NCBI GenBank assembly: GCA_964594835.1
Contig: CAZQNA010000004.1
Span: 32,001-96,000, forward strand
Origin: an uncultured Nitrososphaerota archaeon
GTDB taxonomy: Archaea > Korarchaeota > Korarchaeia > Korarchaeales > Korarchaeaceae
Reading direction: 5' to 3'
DNA length: 64,000 bases
Both the position numbers and the translations under genes were made by a program. The notes beneath the pieces were generated by a model that worked only from the letters and a program-made list of their open reading frames with translations, had not been told where the DNA came from and made no database searches. Positions 28,321-35,842 of this stretch are shown piece after piece (position 1 is the first letter of the stretch; every line of letters starts with the position of its first letter).

Positions 28321-29286
28321 ATGGAGGAGCTCGAGCCTGAGCTGGCCTCTCGATACCCCTTCACCTCTCTCGGAAGGAGGCTGATAGAGTCCGAGGGGCT
28401 GACGGGGGAGGAGCTGGCCTTCGACCCCCTCCTGGAGTCCAGCAGGCTGCACGCCAGGAGGAGGCTTCTGGCCGCCGTGACGGGCTCGACCTACCTGGAG
28501 GACCTCTACATACCCCCGCTGGACGCGGTTGCGGCCTACCTGATAGTCAGGCTCGTGACATCCTGGGCCGGAGACCCCTACCTGAGCAGGCTGGTTGCCG
28601 AGCACGAGTCGAAGAGGTTCTACAGGGTGGCGAGGGACGAGCCCACGGAGGTCCTCATCTGGATAGCCGGGGAGCTGGGGGCCAGGGCCACCTCGGACCG
28701 GGACGACTGGACCTGGATAGACCTGCCGAGCTACCTCAGGGCCGCCTCGAGGCTCGGAGGGGACTCCTGGAGGATGGCCAACAGGGACGTGCGGCGGGGG
28801 ATGGTTCGACTCGACAGGCGGGAGCTGGCGAGGGTCCTTCAGGAACTCCTTAGGGCCCACCTCCTGGAGCCCACCCCCAGAATCGATCTGCCGAGGCCCC
28901 TGGCGTCTATTGGAGAGGAGGTTCTCAGGAGGCTGAGGGAGAGGAAGGAGTCCGCCAGAGCACCTCAGCCCTCGAGGGCCCTCCCACCCTGCATAGAGAG
29001 GCTTATGGAGAAGGCCCAGAGGGGGGAGAACATGAACCACCAGGAGAGGTTCACCCTCGCCGCGTACCTCCTGAAGGTGGGCTGGTCCGTCGACCGGGTG
29101 GTCGACCTCTTCAGGGGCTCCCCGGACTTCAAGGAGAGGGTCGCGAGGTACCAGGTGAGCCACATAGCCAGGAGGGGGTACAACCCGCCCAACTGCGCGA
29201 CGCTCAGGGCCTGGGGCATTTGCTCGGAGGACTGCGGGGTGAGGTCCCCGCTCTCGTACCGCGGCCGGGGGAGGAGGAGAGGGTGA
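28321..29286 (+). CDS. priL: DNA primase large subunit
   Basis: RYPF, PPCI, H.ERF.LA.YL, PDF.E...RYQV.HI, Y.PPNC.TL...G.C Fe-S domain. Confidence 0.95.
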   Translation: MEELEPELASRYPFTSLGRRLIESEGLTGEELAFDPLLESSRLHARRRLLAAVTGSTYLEDLYIPPLDAVAAYLIVRLVTSWAGDPYLSRLVAEHESKRFYRVARDEPTEVLIWIAGELGARATSDRDDWTWIDLPSYLRAASRLGGDSWRMANRDVRRGMVRLDRRELARVLQELLRAHLLEPTPRIDLPRPLASIGEEVLRRLRERKESARAPQPSRALPPCIERLMEKAQRGENMNHQERFTLAAYLLKVGWSVDRVVDLFRGSPDFKERVARYQVSHIARRGYNPPNCATLRAWGICSEDCGVRSPLSYRGRGRRRG

Positions 29287-30473
29287 ACCCCCTCCGCTCA
29301 GCCTTCAGGGAGTACTACGCCCTTTGGTCCAGATCCATATTCGTGCCGAGGGTGGATCGTCGCGAGATAATGATGGTGACGTTCGACGGGACGGTCATCA
29401 GGCACGTCTCCGTCGGAGACCTGGGGTCCCTGCGAGCCATGCTGGCGAGGGAGGCTCCAAGGCACGCCTACTACTCCGTGGGAATATACGAGAGGCCCTC
29501 GGCCAAGTCCATGCAGGAGAAGGGCCTGACGGGCGCGGAGCTCCTGTTCGACATCGACGCGGATCACCTGGGAGTCGAGGAGTGCGACCGCGGCCTGGCC
29601 TGGCGCTGCAGGTCATGCGGCGAGTCGGGCGAGGGCCCTCCCCCAGAGGCGTGCCCGAGCTGCGGCGCCACCGAGCTGGAGAGGCTTGACTGGCTCTCGG
29701 AGGAGTGCCTCGACGCGGCCAAGGGGGAGGTCACCCGCCTCCTCGACATCCTGGAGTCGGACCTCGGGGTCTCGAGCGAGGACCTGATGGTGTACTTCAC
29801 GGGGCACAGGGGATACCACGTCAGGGCGCTCTCGGAGGAGTACCTCCGGCTGGGGAAGGAGGAGAGGAGGGAGCTGGCGGCTCACGTCTCGGGGATATCC
29901 TTCAGGGCGAACTGGGTGTTCCGCGTCAGCGGAGCCAGCCTCCTCTCCCCGAACGTGAGGGAGGGCGGCTGGAGGGGCAGGGTCGCCAGGGAGATACTCA
30001 GGGCGCTCGACGACCCGGAGGGGTCGAGGGTGCGCCCGCCCGAGAGCCTCCTCGCCAGGAGGGAGGAGCTGGCCAGGTGCCTTTTGGAGGGGGTCCCGCT
30101 GCTTAATCCTGGTACTGCGCTGGTCAGGGACCTCAGGAGGATGGCGGCGGAGATCGTGCGAGGGCTCGGGGTCAGGATCGACGAGCAGGTCACCCCCGAC
30201 ACCAGCAGGCTGACGAGAATCCCGAACAGCCTCCACGGGAAGACCGGGCTGAGGGCCATGGCCCTATCCAGGGATGAGCTCAGGGACTTTCAGCCGCTGA
30301 GGGACGCTGTTGGACTGCCAGACGACCGGGTCAGGGTTTTCACCACGGCGCCCGTGCCGAGGTTCAGGGTTAAGGGCGAGTGGTTCGGCCCATTTGAGCA
30401 GGGGGTCGGGGTCGACCTCCCCATGTACGCCGCGGCCCTGGTCCTGCTGAAGGGCAGGGGTGTGATCCCTTGA
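29283..30473 (+). CDS. priS: DNA primase small (catalytic) subunit
   Basis: P.HAYYS..Y..P, GAELLFDIDAD, FTGHRGYH, IDEQVT.D.SRL.R.P.SLHGKTG; GTGA overlap with priL stop. Confidence 0.96.
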   Translation: MNPLRSAFREYYALWSRSIFVPRVDRREIMMVTFDGTVIRHVSVGDLGSLRAMLAREAPRHAYYSVGIYERPSAKSMQEKGLTGAELLFDIDADHLGVEECDRGLAWRCRSCGESGEGPPPEACPSCGATELERLDWLSEECLDAAKGEVTRLLDILESDLGVSSEDLMVYFTGHRGYHVRALSEEYLRLGKEERRELAAHVSGISFRANWVFRVSGASLLSPNVREGGWRGRVAREILRALDDPEGSRVRPPESLLARREELARCLLEGVPLLNPGTALVRDLRRMAAEIVRGLGVRIDEQVTPDTSRLTRIPNSLHGKTGLRAMALSRDELRDFQPLRDAVGLPDDRVRVFTTAPVPRFRVKGEWFGPFEQGVGVDLPMYAAALVLLKGRGVIP

Positions 30474-30997
30474 GTGCCCCAACCCTGTACCACGAGCTGG
30501 TCGAGGCGCTGGTGAGAGAGCTCACCTCAGATCGACTCGAGGATCTCCCCGAAGACCTGTTCACCCGGGTTGAACGGTGGCTGGAGTCGCTTCTAGAGTC
30601 GGCCGTCGGAGACCAGGCCAGGGAGGTGGTGGACGCCCTTGCCAGGGAGTGCCGGGGGATCATGATGGCCATCGAGGAGATCCGCAGGGCGAAGTCCGGC
30701 GAGGGCGCGGGGCCAGGTGGGGTCGAAGAGGTGGCCGCCCCGACCGGCGGGACCTCGCACCCCTCGGGCGAGTCGCCCGCGACGGAGAGGCCCGTCGGCC
30801 CGCCAAGGCTCCCGGCGGGAAAGGTTTTAGTAACGTTTAAAACACCCTTGCGGGAGTTCGTGGCGTCGGACCTGAGGGTCTACGGCCCCTTCCGGGAGGG
30901 CGATGTCTGCCTCCTCCCGGTCGAGGACGCCGAAGCCCTGGAGGCCAGGGGAGTCGTGGAGGTGTTGATAGGGGATGAAGGTGCCGAGCAAGATTAG
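30470..30997 (+). CDS. GINS complex subunit (Gins15/51 type)
   Basis: Helical A domain (L..LP.D.F), linker, B domain V.F...EFV..D.R.YGPF..GDV..LP...A..L..RG; conserved position after priS. Confidence 0.88.
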   Translation: MSAPTLYHELVEALVRELTSDRLEDLPEDLFTRVERWLESLLESAVGDQAREVVDALARECRGIMMAIEEIRRAKSGEGAGPGGVEEVAAPTGGTSHPSGESPATERPVGPPRLPAGKVLVTFKTPLREFVASDLRVYGPFREGDVCLLPVEDAEALEARGVVEVLIGDEGAEQD

Positions 30998-31253
30998 GAC
31001 CTACTGCCCCAAGTGCGGGACCCACACCGAGCACAAGGTCTCACTCTACAAGGCTGGCAGGCAGAGGACCCTCTCCTGGGGGGCGAGGCAGCTGGAGAGG
31101 AAGAGGCGCGGTTACGGCGGAGAGCCTAGGGGGATGCTCAGGAGGAAGGCCAAGATAAACAAGAAGGCAGTCCTCGTACTGACGTGCTCTCAGTGCGGCA
31201 GGAAGCAGCTGAGGAGCCTCGGCAGGCTCAGCAGGGTAGAGGTGGTTAGGTAG
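30975..31253 (+). CDS. rpl44e: 50S ribosomal protein L44e
   Basis: MKVP....TYCP.C..HTEH.V, GYGG, L.C..CG. Confidence 0.97.
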   Translation: MKVPSKIRTYCPKCGTHTEHKVSLYKAGRQRTLSWGARQLERKRRGYGGEPRGMLRRKAKINKKAVLVLTCSQCGRKQLRSLGRLSRVEVVR

Positions 31254-31267
31254 GCGGGTGACTCCCG

Positions 31268-31483
31268 ATGGCCAAGAGCAGGAAGAAGGCCCTGATCCCC
31301 CTCCCCCGCTCCTACTTCGTCAGGGTGAAGTGCCCGAAGTGCGGCAACGAGCAGGTGATATTCTCCCACGCGTCGCGCGTCGTCAGGTGCCTCGTCTGCG
31401 ACGAGGTCCTAGCCGAGCCGACCGGCGGCAAGGCCAGGATCCACGCCCCCGTGATGGCGGTCTACGGCAAGCTGTCGGAGTGA
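31268..31483 (+). CDS. rps27e: 30S ribosomal protein S27e
   Basis: PRSYF..VKCP.CGNEQ.IFSHA...V.C..C...LA.PTGGKA. Confidence 0.97.
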   Translation: MAKSRKKALIPLPRSYFVRVKCPKCGNEQVIFSHASRVVRCLVCDEVLAEPTGGKARIHAPVMAVYGKLSE

Positions 31484-31488
31484 GGCCC

Positions 31489-32298
31489 ATGCCGAGGGAC
31501 TTCCCGAGGCGGAACGAGCTGGTCGTCGCCACGGTGAAGAGAGTAGAGGAGCACGGGGTGATCGCGGAGCTCGAGGAGTACGAGGGTCTGGAGGCCTACA
31601 TACCCAGGGGCCACGTGGCCTCCGGCAGGATCAAGGACATCCGGGACTTCGTCAAGGAGGGGGATAGGGTAGTCGGCAGGGTCATACGGGCCGACAGGGT
31701 CAGGCGTCAGGTGGACCTCTCCCTCAGGTACGTCAGCAGGGATCAGGCCGAGCGAAAGCTCAGGGAGTGGAAGGAGAGGTCGAGGGCCCTCTCCCTGATC
31801 AGGGTCGCCGCGACCAGGGCGGGGGTGAGGAACCCTGAGGAGGCTGCCAGGAGGATCCTAGCCGGAATAGAGGACGCCTACGAGTCCGCCCTGGAGGCCC
31901 TGGAGGACGCCCTGGGCCACCCGGAGGTGCTGGACAGACTCGGAGTCCCGAAGAACGTGGCCGAGCACCTGATACCCCTCATCAGGGAGCAGCTGAAGCC
32001 GCCGCTCTACATCAAGGAGGTGACCCTGAAGCTGGTGGCCCCCACACCCAATGGGGTGGAGGTCATCCGGGAGGCCCTCCTGAGGGGGACCTCGATACAG
32101 TCGGAGAAGGTTTCGATCGAGGCGTTCACGGCCGGGGCCCCGAGGTACGTGGTGAGGGTCAGCAGCAGGGATCCCTCCCTGGTCAGGCGGATGGCCACCA
32201 CGGCTACGAAGCGGATTCTGGAGGAGGTCAGGTCCTCGGGCGGGAGGGCCGAGGTGGTCTCGGAGAGGGAGGTAAGGAAGAGGACGGCAGAGGCCTGA
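31489..32298 (+). CDS. eif2a: Translation initiation factor aIF2 alpha
   Basis: FP...ELVV.TV S1 domain, L.EY...EAYI, VIR.D......DLSL, GAPRY; ATG at 31489. Confidence 0.95.
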   Translation: MPRDFPRRNELVVATVKRVEEHGVIAELEEYEGLEAYIPRGHVASGRIKDIRDFVKEGDRVVGRVIRADRVRRQVDLSLRYVSRDQAERKLREWKERSRALSLIRVAATRAGVRNPEEAARRILAGIEDAYESALEALEDALGHPEVLDRLGVPKNVAEHLIPLIREQLKPPLYIKEVTLKLVAPTPNGVEVIREALLRGTSIQSEKVSIEAFTAGAPRYVVRVSSRDPSLVRRMATTATKRILEEVRSSGGRAEVVSEREVRKRTAEA

Positions 32299-32309
32299 GG
32301 GGGGTGCGG

Positions 32310-32450
32310 TTGCCCAGGCCGCTCATGAGGAGGTGCCTCTCCTGCTGGAGATACACGTTCAAGGAGGTGTGTCCGGTCTGCGGCTCCCCGACCCGTCGTC
32401 CCGGGCCTCCTTCGTTCAGGGTCACGTCCCTCAGGCGTCAAGCGAGGTAG
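32310..32450 (+). CDS. nop10: H/ACA RNP protein Nop10 (not in ORF track)
   Basis: Manual translation MPRPLMRRCLSCWRYTFKEVCPVCGSPTRRPGPPSFRVTSLRRQAR*; C-x2-C..YT....CP.CG; canonical position after aIF2a. Confidence 0.88.
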   Translation: MPRPLMRRCLSCWRYTFKEVCPVCGSPTRRPGPPSFRVTSLRRQAR

Positions 32451-32501
32451 CCCCTTCTTCTCCCTTAGAACCTCCGCCGAGCCCCCGTAGATAGGGTGGC
32501 G

Positions 32502-32577
32502 TGGAGCCCCGGGCGGGATTCGAACCCGCGACCTGCGGATTACAAGTCCGCCGCTCTGCCCGCTGAGCTACCGGGGC
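32502..32577 (-). tRNA. tRNA-Thr (anticodon TGT), CCA encoded, no intron
   Basis: Reverse complement GCCCCGGTAGCTCAGCGGGCAGAGCGGCGGA-CT-TGT-AA-TCCGCAGGTCGCGGGTTCGAATCCCGCCCGGGGCTCCA folds as a cloverleaf. Confidence 0.97.
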
Positions 32578-32734
32578 CCGGACTCATTCAGGGTGGGGCA
32601 ATATTAGGCTTCAAGTTAGTCGATCGTCGAATGACTGCTCGACGTTTCACTCAATGAGGAGCCTCAGGGATCGTTTCCCAGAACCTGCCGGTCTGCCGAG
32701 CGGACGCTGGCGGCTCAATTCCTCCGTTCCTCCC

Positions 32735-32788
32735 TTTGAAACTGTTTTGCAACGGTTTGCAACGTTTTTCCGGGAAACCCATTAATAG
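32735..32788 (+). promoter_or_regulatory. S-layer gene promoter with three phased TTTG(A/C)AAC repeats upstream of BRE/TATA
   Basis: TTTGAAACTG-T, TTTGCAACGG, TTTGCAACGT at 10-11 bp spacing, then GAAACCCATTAATA; GGAGGTGA RBS before ATG 32857. Confidence 0.6.
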
Positions 32789-32856
32789 TCTCCTGACGTG
32801 GGTGAGGTTAGCCCCCGCAAGACCGCTCAAGGGTCAGGCGGGGGAGGTGAAGAAGT

Positions 32857-35517
32857 ATGGACTGGAGAAAGGCAGCCTTTGCTGCCCTGCTGGCCGTGCT
32901 GGTGGGGGTCTCTGCGCTCCCGCTGGCAGCCGAGCCTCTGATCAGGGAGTTCCCGAAGCCATTCGTGCAGAACGGAACCATCGACTACGACGGTGACGGA
33001 GTGCCCGACATCGCCATAATCATAGGTGGGCAGAAGCCCGGCATCGCCGCCGCGGCGGAGGACGTTAGGGGAGCCGCGCTCATCGGCGTGAAGATAGGCT
33101 CCCACCTCTACTACACCAAGGCCCCCAACCTGAAGGGGACCGACTACTGGATCGAGGAGCTGACCGCCGACGCCTGGCACAGGAGCTACAAGCAGTGGGA
33201 CTGGGGCGGCACTAACAGGGACGAGGGCTTCTGGTTCGACTTCGGCGGTGACCTGACCCTCATCACTTGGGACTACGACGACGACGGCCACGATGAGGTG
33301 GAGTACTACATCGACGAGGAGGACATCCCCGCCTTCAGCTGGGACTTCACTGAGGGGCAGGCCGCGCTCCCGCTCGACACCAAGACCTTCGCCCCCGACT
33401 ACCTGCTGGTGGTCGCCGGCTACTACAACGAGACCATTGAGGAGATACCCATATGCCCCGCGTGCCCAGGCCTCGGGGCCCACGAGTGCAAGGCCCCGGT
33501 GCTGGTCTACAGCGTCGGTTACATGCTCACCGACGACGACTATGACATCCTCGGCGACAACGTCCTCTTCGCTGAGCTCGGTAATACCGCTGCTCCCAGC
33601 GGTGGAGCCACCTGGATAATCAGCGGGTACGACCCTGCTACCTACCCCGGCTACACCGGCCTGCTGACCGGCAGTATATTCGTGATCTACAACGACGACT
33701 TCCACGACGGAACTAACACCGGCGACACCATAGGCGCTGAGGACATCTACACCGGCTACACCGAGAACTACTCGATGAACAAGCCCGGCTTCGCCATGCT
33801 GTTCAGCACCACCCCGGTCAAGACCGCCATCCTTGAGGAGGGCAAGGAGTACTACGTGCCGTTCCTCGGCTACTGGATCGAGGTCGACGACATCACCGAG
33901 GGCAACGCCTCCTTCATCGTGAGGGAGTCTGAGGGCGGTCCGATCAAGACCATGCTCAACCTCGAGTATGACGACACATTTGACCCTGACACGGGCAACG
34001 TGAACAAGCTGTTCATCTACTACAACGACCTCGGAGGTAACAGGCTGGAGGGCGCCGACTACAGCATGGTGTTCTTCCTCTACATCTACAGGATAGACAC
34101 GGACGACGACTACATGGAGGTCATGCTCAGCAGCCCGTGGATAGACAAGCACGTCTTCGACAGGAGCATGGCCAAGGATCCGAAGACCATGTGGAGCCCG
34201 ATGGAGGACAGCTGGCCGGCCGACGCCGACGTTGGTGACTTCGACTGGTGGATCGAAGACGGTTACTTCGTCGGCTGGGTCATCATCAACAACACCGACC
34301 ACGGTCCGTTCTCCGTCAAGATGGACCCGTGGGACAAGCTCCCGTACGACCACATCTACGGCATAGTCAGCTACACGTTCAACTCGACCGCTCCTCCGAC
34401 TAGGGTCTACTGGTACGTGATACCCGAGAACGGCACCTGGCACCTCGGTGACAAGAAGACCTACGGCGAGAACACCTTCATCTTCGACAACATCGAGGTC
34501 CTCGATACCCACGACGGCACCGCCGACTGCGGTCCGGTTGACTGCTGGGAGTGGGACGACTTCGGTGTCTTCCTCTACGAGGAGGACGAGGAGACCATCG
34601 TCCCGGAGGCCTGCTACTGGACCGACGACCTCACCTACCTGGTCCTCAACCGGACCATCGAGTTCAACCAGACCCTCGACGACGCTCTGAACCCGAACGT
34701 GGACCAGCACATAATCGACTACTACAGGCTGTACGAGATCTACCCGATCAACGTGACCGGCGTGTTCGCCGGCGTCTATGACAGGTTCGAGAACGTGACC
34801 GGAAACTGGACCGGCACCACCCTGCTCGACGAGTACAACACCGACATCACGCCCGCCGAGGAGCACGACCAGGTCTTCGAGCTGGAGGACGTCTTCAGCT
34901 TCGTGAAGGCTCCTCTGGTCTGGACCGACTACCAGTTCCTCGACGAGAACTACGAGGTCATCAACCCGGACCTCGCGGACAAGAACCTGATACTCGTCGG
35001 CGGTCCTGTGGTCAACAGGGCCGTTGACTACCTGAACGACACCGGCCTGCTCTGGATCGTCTACGTCGGCGACAGGCTCTACGACATGAGGTTCTATCAC
35101 GACGGCATCTACGAGGACGAGGGCTACGTCGACCTCGAGAGGGTCAGGACCTGGATCGGCGCCCACACCGTGTCCTTCGTGGGCGGTCTGGGCGTGATCC
35201 AGTACGCCAAGGAGGATCCGTGGGGCGAGGAGGACAACTACATCCTCATCGTCGCTGGCAACAACAGGTACGGCACCTACGCCGCCGCCGTCGCCCTGGC
35301 TGACCCGACCAAGGTCGTCAGGGTGCCGACCGACATACCGACCTACTACTACCTCGCTGGCACCGACGAGGAGCACCCGCCGGCGCTGATCGTCGTGGCG
35401 CTCCTGCCTGGAGTTGCCCCGCCGGCTCCGTGGGTGCCGCCCGAGCACAACAACATCGTCGAGATCACCTGGCCGACGCCGATCACCGTCGAGCCGGTCG
35501 TCTCTCCGGGAGGCTGA
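32857..35517 (+). CDS. Major S-layer glycoprotein (Methanococcales/Thermococcales-type S_layer_N/C termini)
   Basis: Signal peptide; N-terminal FV.NG...IIIG...AAAEDV..A..I; C-terminal KNLILVGGPVVN and ILIVAG..R.GT.AA; very acidic, many sequons, extreme C-ending codon bias. Confidence 0.88.
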   Translation: MDWRKAAFAALLAVLVGVSALPLAAEPLIREFPKPFVQNGTIDYDGDGVPDIAIIIGGQKPGIAAAAEDVRGAALIGVKIGSHLYYTKAPNLKGTDYWIEELTADAWHRSYKQWDWGGTNRDEGFWFDFGGDLTLITWDYDDDGHDEVEYYIDEEDIPAFSWDFTEGQAALPLDTKTFAPDYLLVVAGYYNETIEEIPICPACPGLGAHECKAPVLVYSVGYMLTDDDYDILGDNVLFAELGNTAAPSGGATWIISGYDPATYPGYTGLLTGSIFVIYNDDFHDGTNTGDTIGAEDIYTGYTENYSMNKPGFAMLFSTTPVKTAILEEGKEYYVPFLGYWIEVDDITEGNASFIVRESEGGPIKTMLNLEYDDTFDPDTGNVNKLFIYYNDLGGNRLEGADYSMVFFLYIYRIDTDDDYMEVMLSSPWIDKHVFDRSMAKDPKTMWSPMEDSWPADADVGDFDWWIEDGYFVGWVIINNTDHGPFSVKMDPWDKLPYDHIYGIVSYTFNSTAPPTRVYWYVIPENGTWHLGDKKTYGENTFIFDNIEVLDTHDGTADCGPVDCWEWDDFGVFLYEEDEETIVPEACYWTDDLTYLVLNRTIEFNQTLDDALNPNVDQHIIDYYRLYEIYPINVTGVFAGVYDRFENVTGNWTGTTLLDEYNTDITPAEEHDQVFELEDVFSFVKAPLVWTDYQFLDENYEVINPDLADKNLILVGGPVVNRAVDYLNDTGLLWIVYVGDRLYDMRFYHDGIYEDEGYVDLERVRTWIGAHTVSFVGGLGVIQYAKEDPWGEEDNYILIVAGNNRYGTYAAAVALADPTKVVRVPTDIPTYYYLAGTDEEHPPALIVVALLPGVAPPAPWVPPEHNNIVEITWPTPITVEPVVSPGG

Positions 35518-35520
35518 GAC

Positions 35521-35552
35521 CTCCCCACCCCCTTTCTTTTACTCTGGTTTTG
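35521..35552 (+). terminator. C-rich/oligo-T terminator after S-layer gene
   Basis: CTCCCCACCCCCTTTCTTTTACTCTGGTTTTG immediately after stop. Confidence 0.6.
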
Positions 35553-35842
35553 TTCACCTTCGACTCCTCTGCGGCTACTCCGTCCTCCTTATTGGGGTAT
35601 CCTCATGTCCAGGCTCCTCTTGAACGGTTGAGTGCCCACCTGGCCCGTGCGAGGTTCACCTGAGCCTGTCTTCTCCCTCTCGCCGCAAGCCTCCCCTCCA
35701 GAGGTTCTCCGGGCGGGCTCGCGGCACTGAACCCCAGGTCTCGTTAACGTCAGGATGATGTTTGGCGGGCCGCTCTGCCGCCGAAGGCTGGAGCCTATGA
35801 GATCTTTTTTAGTCCATTGGGCGGACCCTCCTGCGAGTAGAT

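Noticed and set aside
32580-32730. Possible C/D sRNA between tRNA-Thr and the S-layer promoter (ATGAGGA word)
   Set aside because: No downstream CTGA box D at a suitable distance; the region is explained by divergent promoters
32827-35448. 873-aa antisense ORF opposite the S-layer gene
   Set aside because: Shadow ORF: the sense gene's extreme C-ending codon bias removes stops from the reverse frame; the product is V/G/D-rich with no motifs
35553-35842. 290-bp intergenic region after the S-layer gene with a small hairpin (TTGGCGG...CCGCCGA) and a GATGATG box C-like word
   Set aside because: No properly spaced C/D box pair, no convincing ORF on either strand, and short GC hairpins arise by chance; ncRNA cannot be supported without expression data
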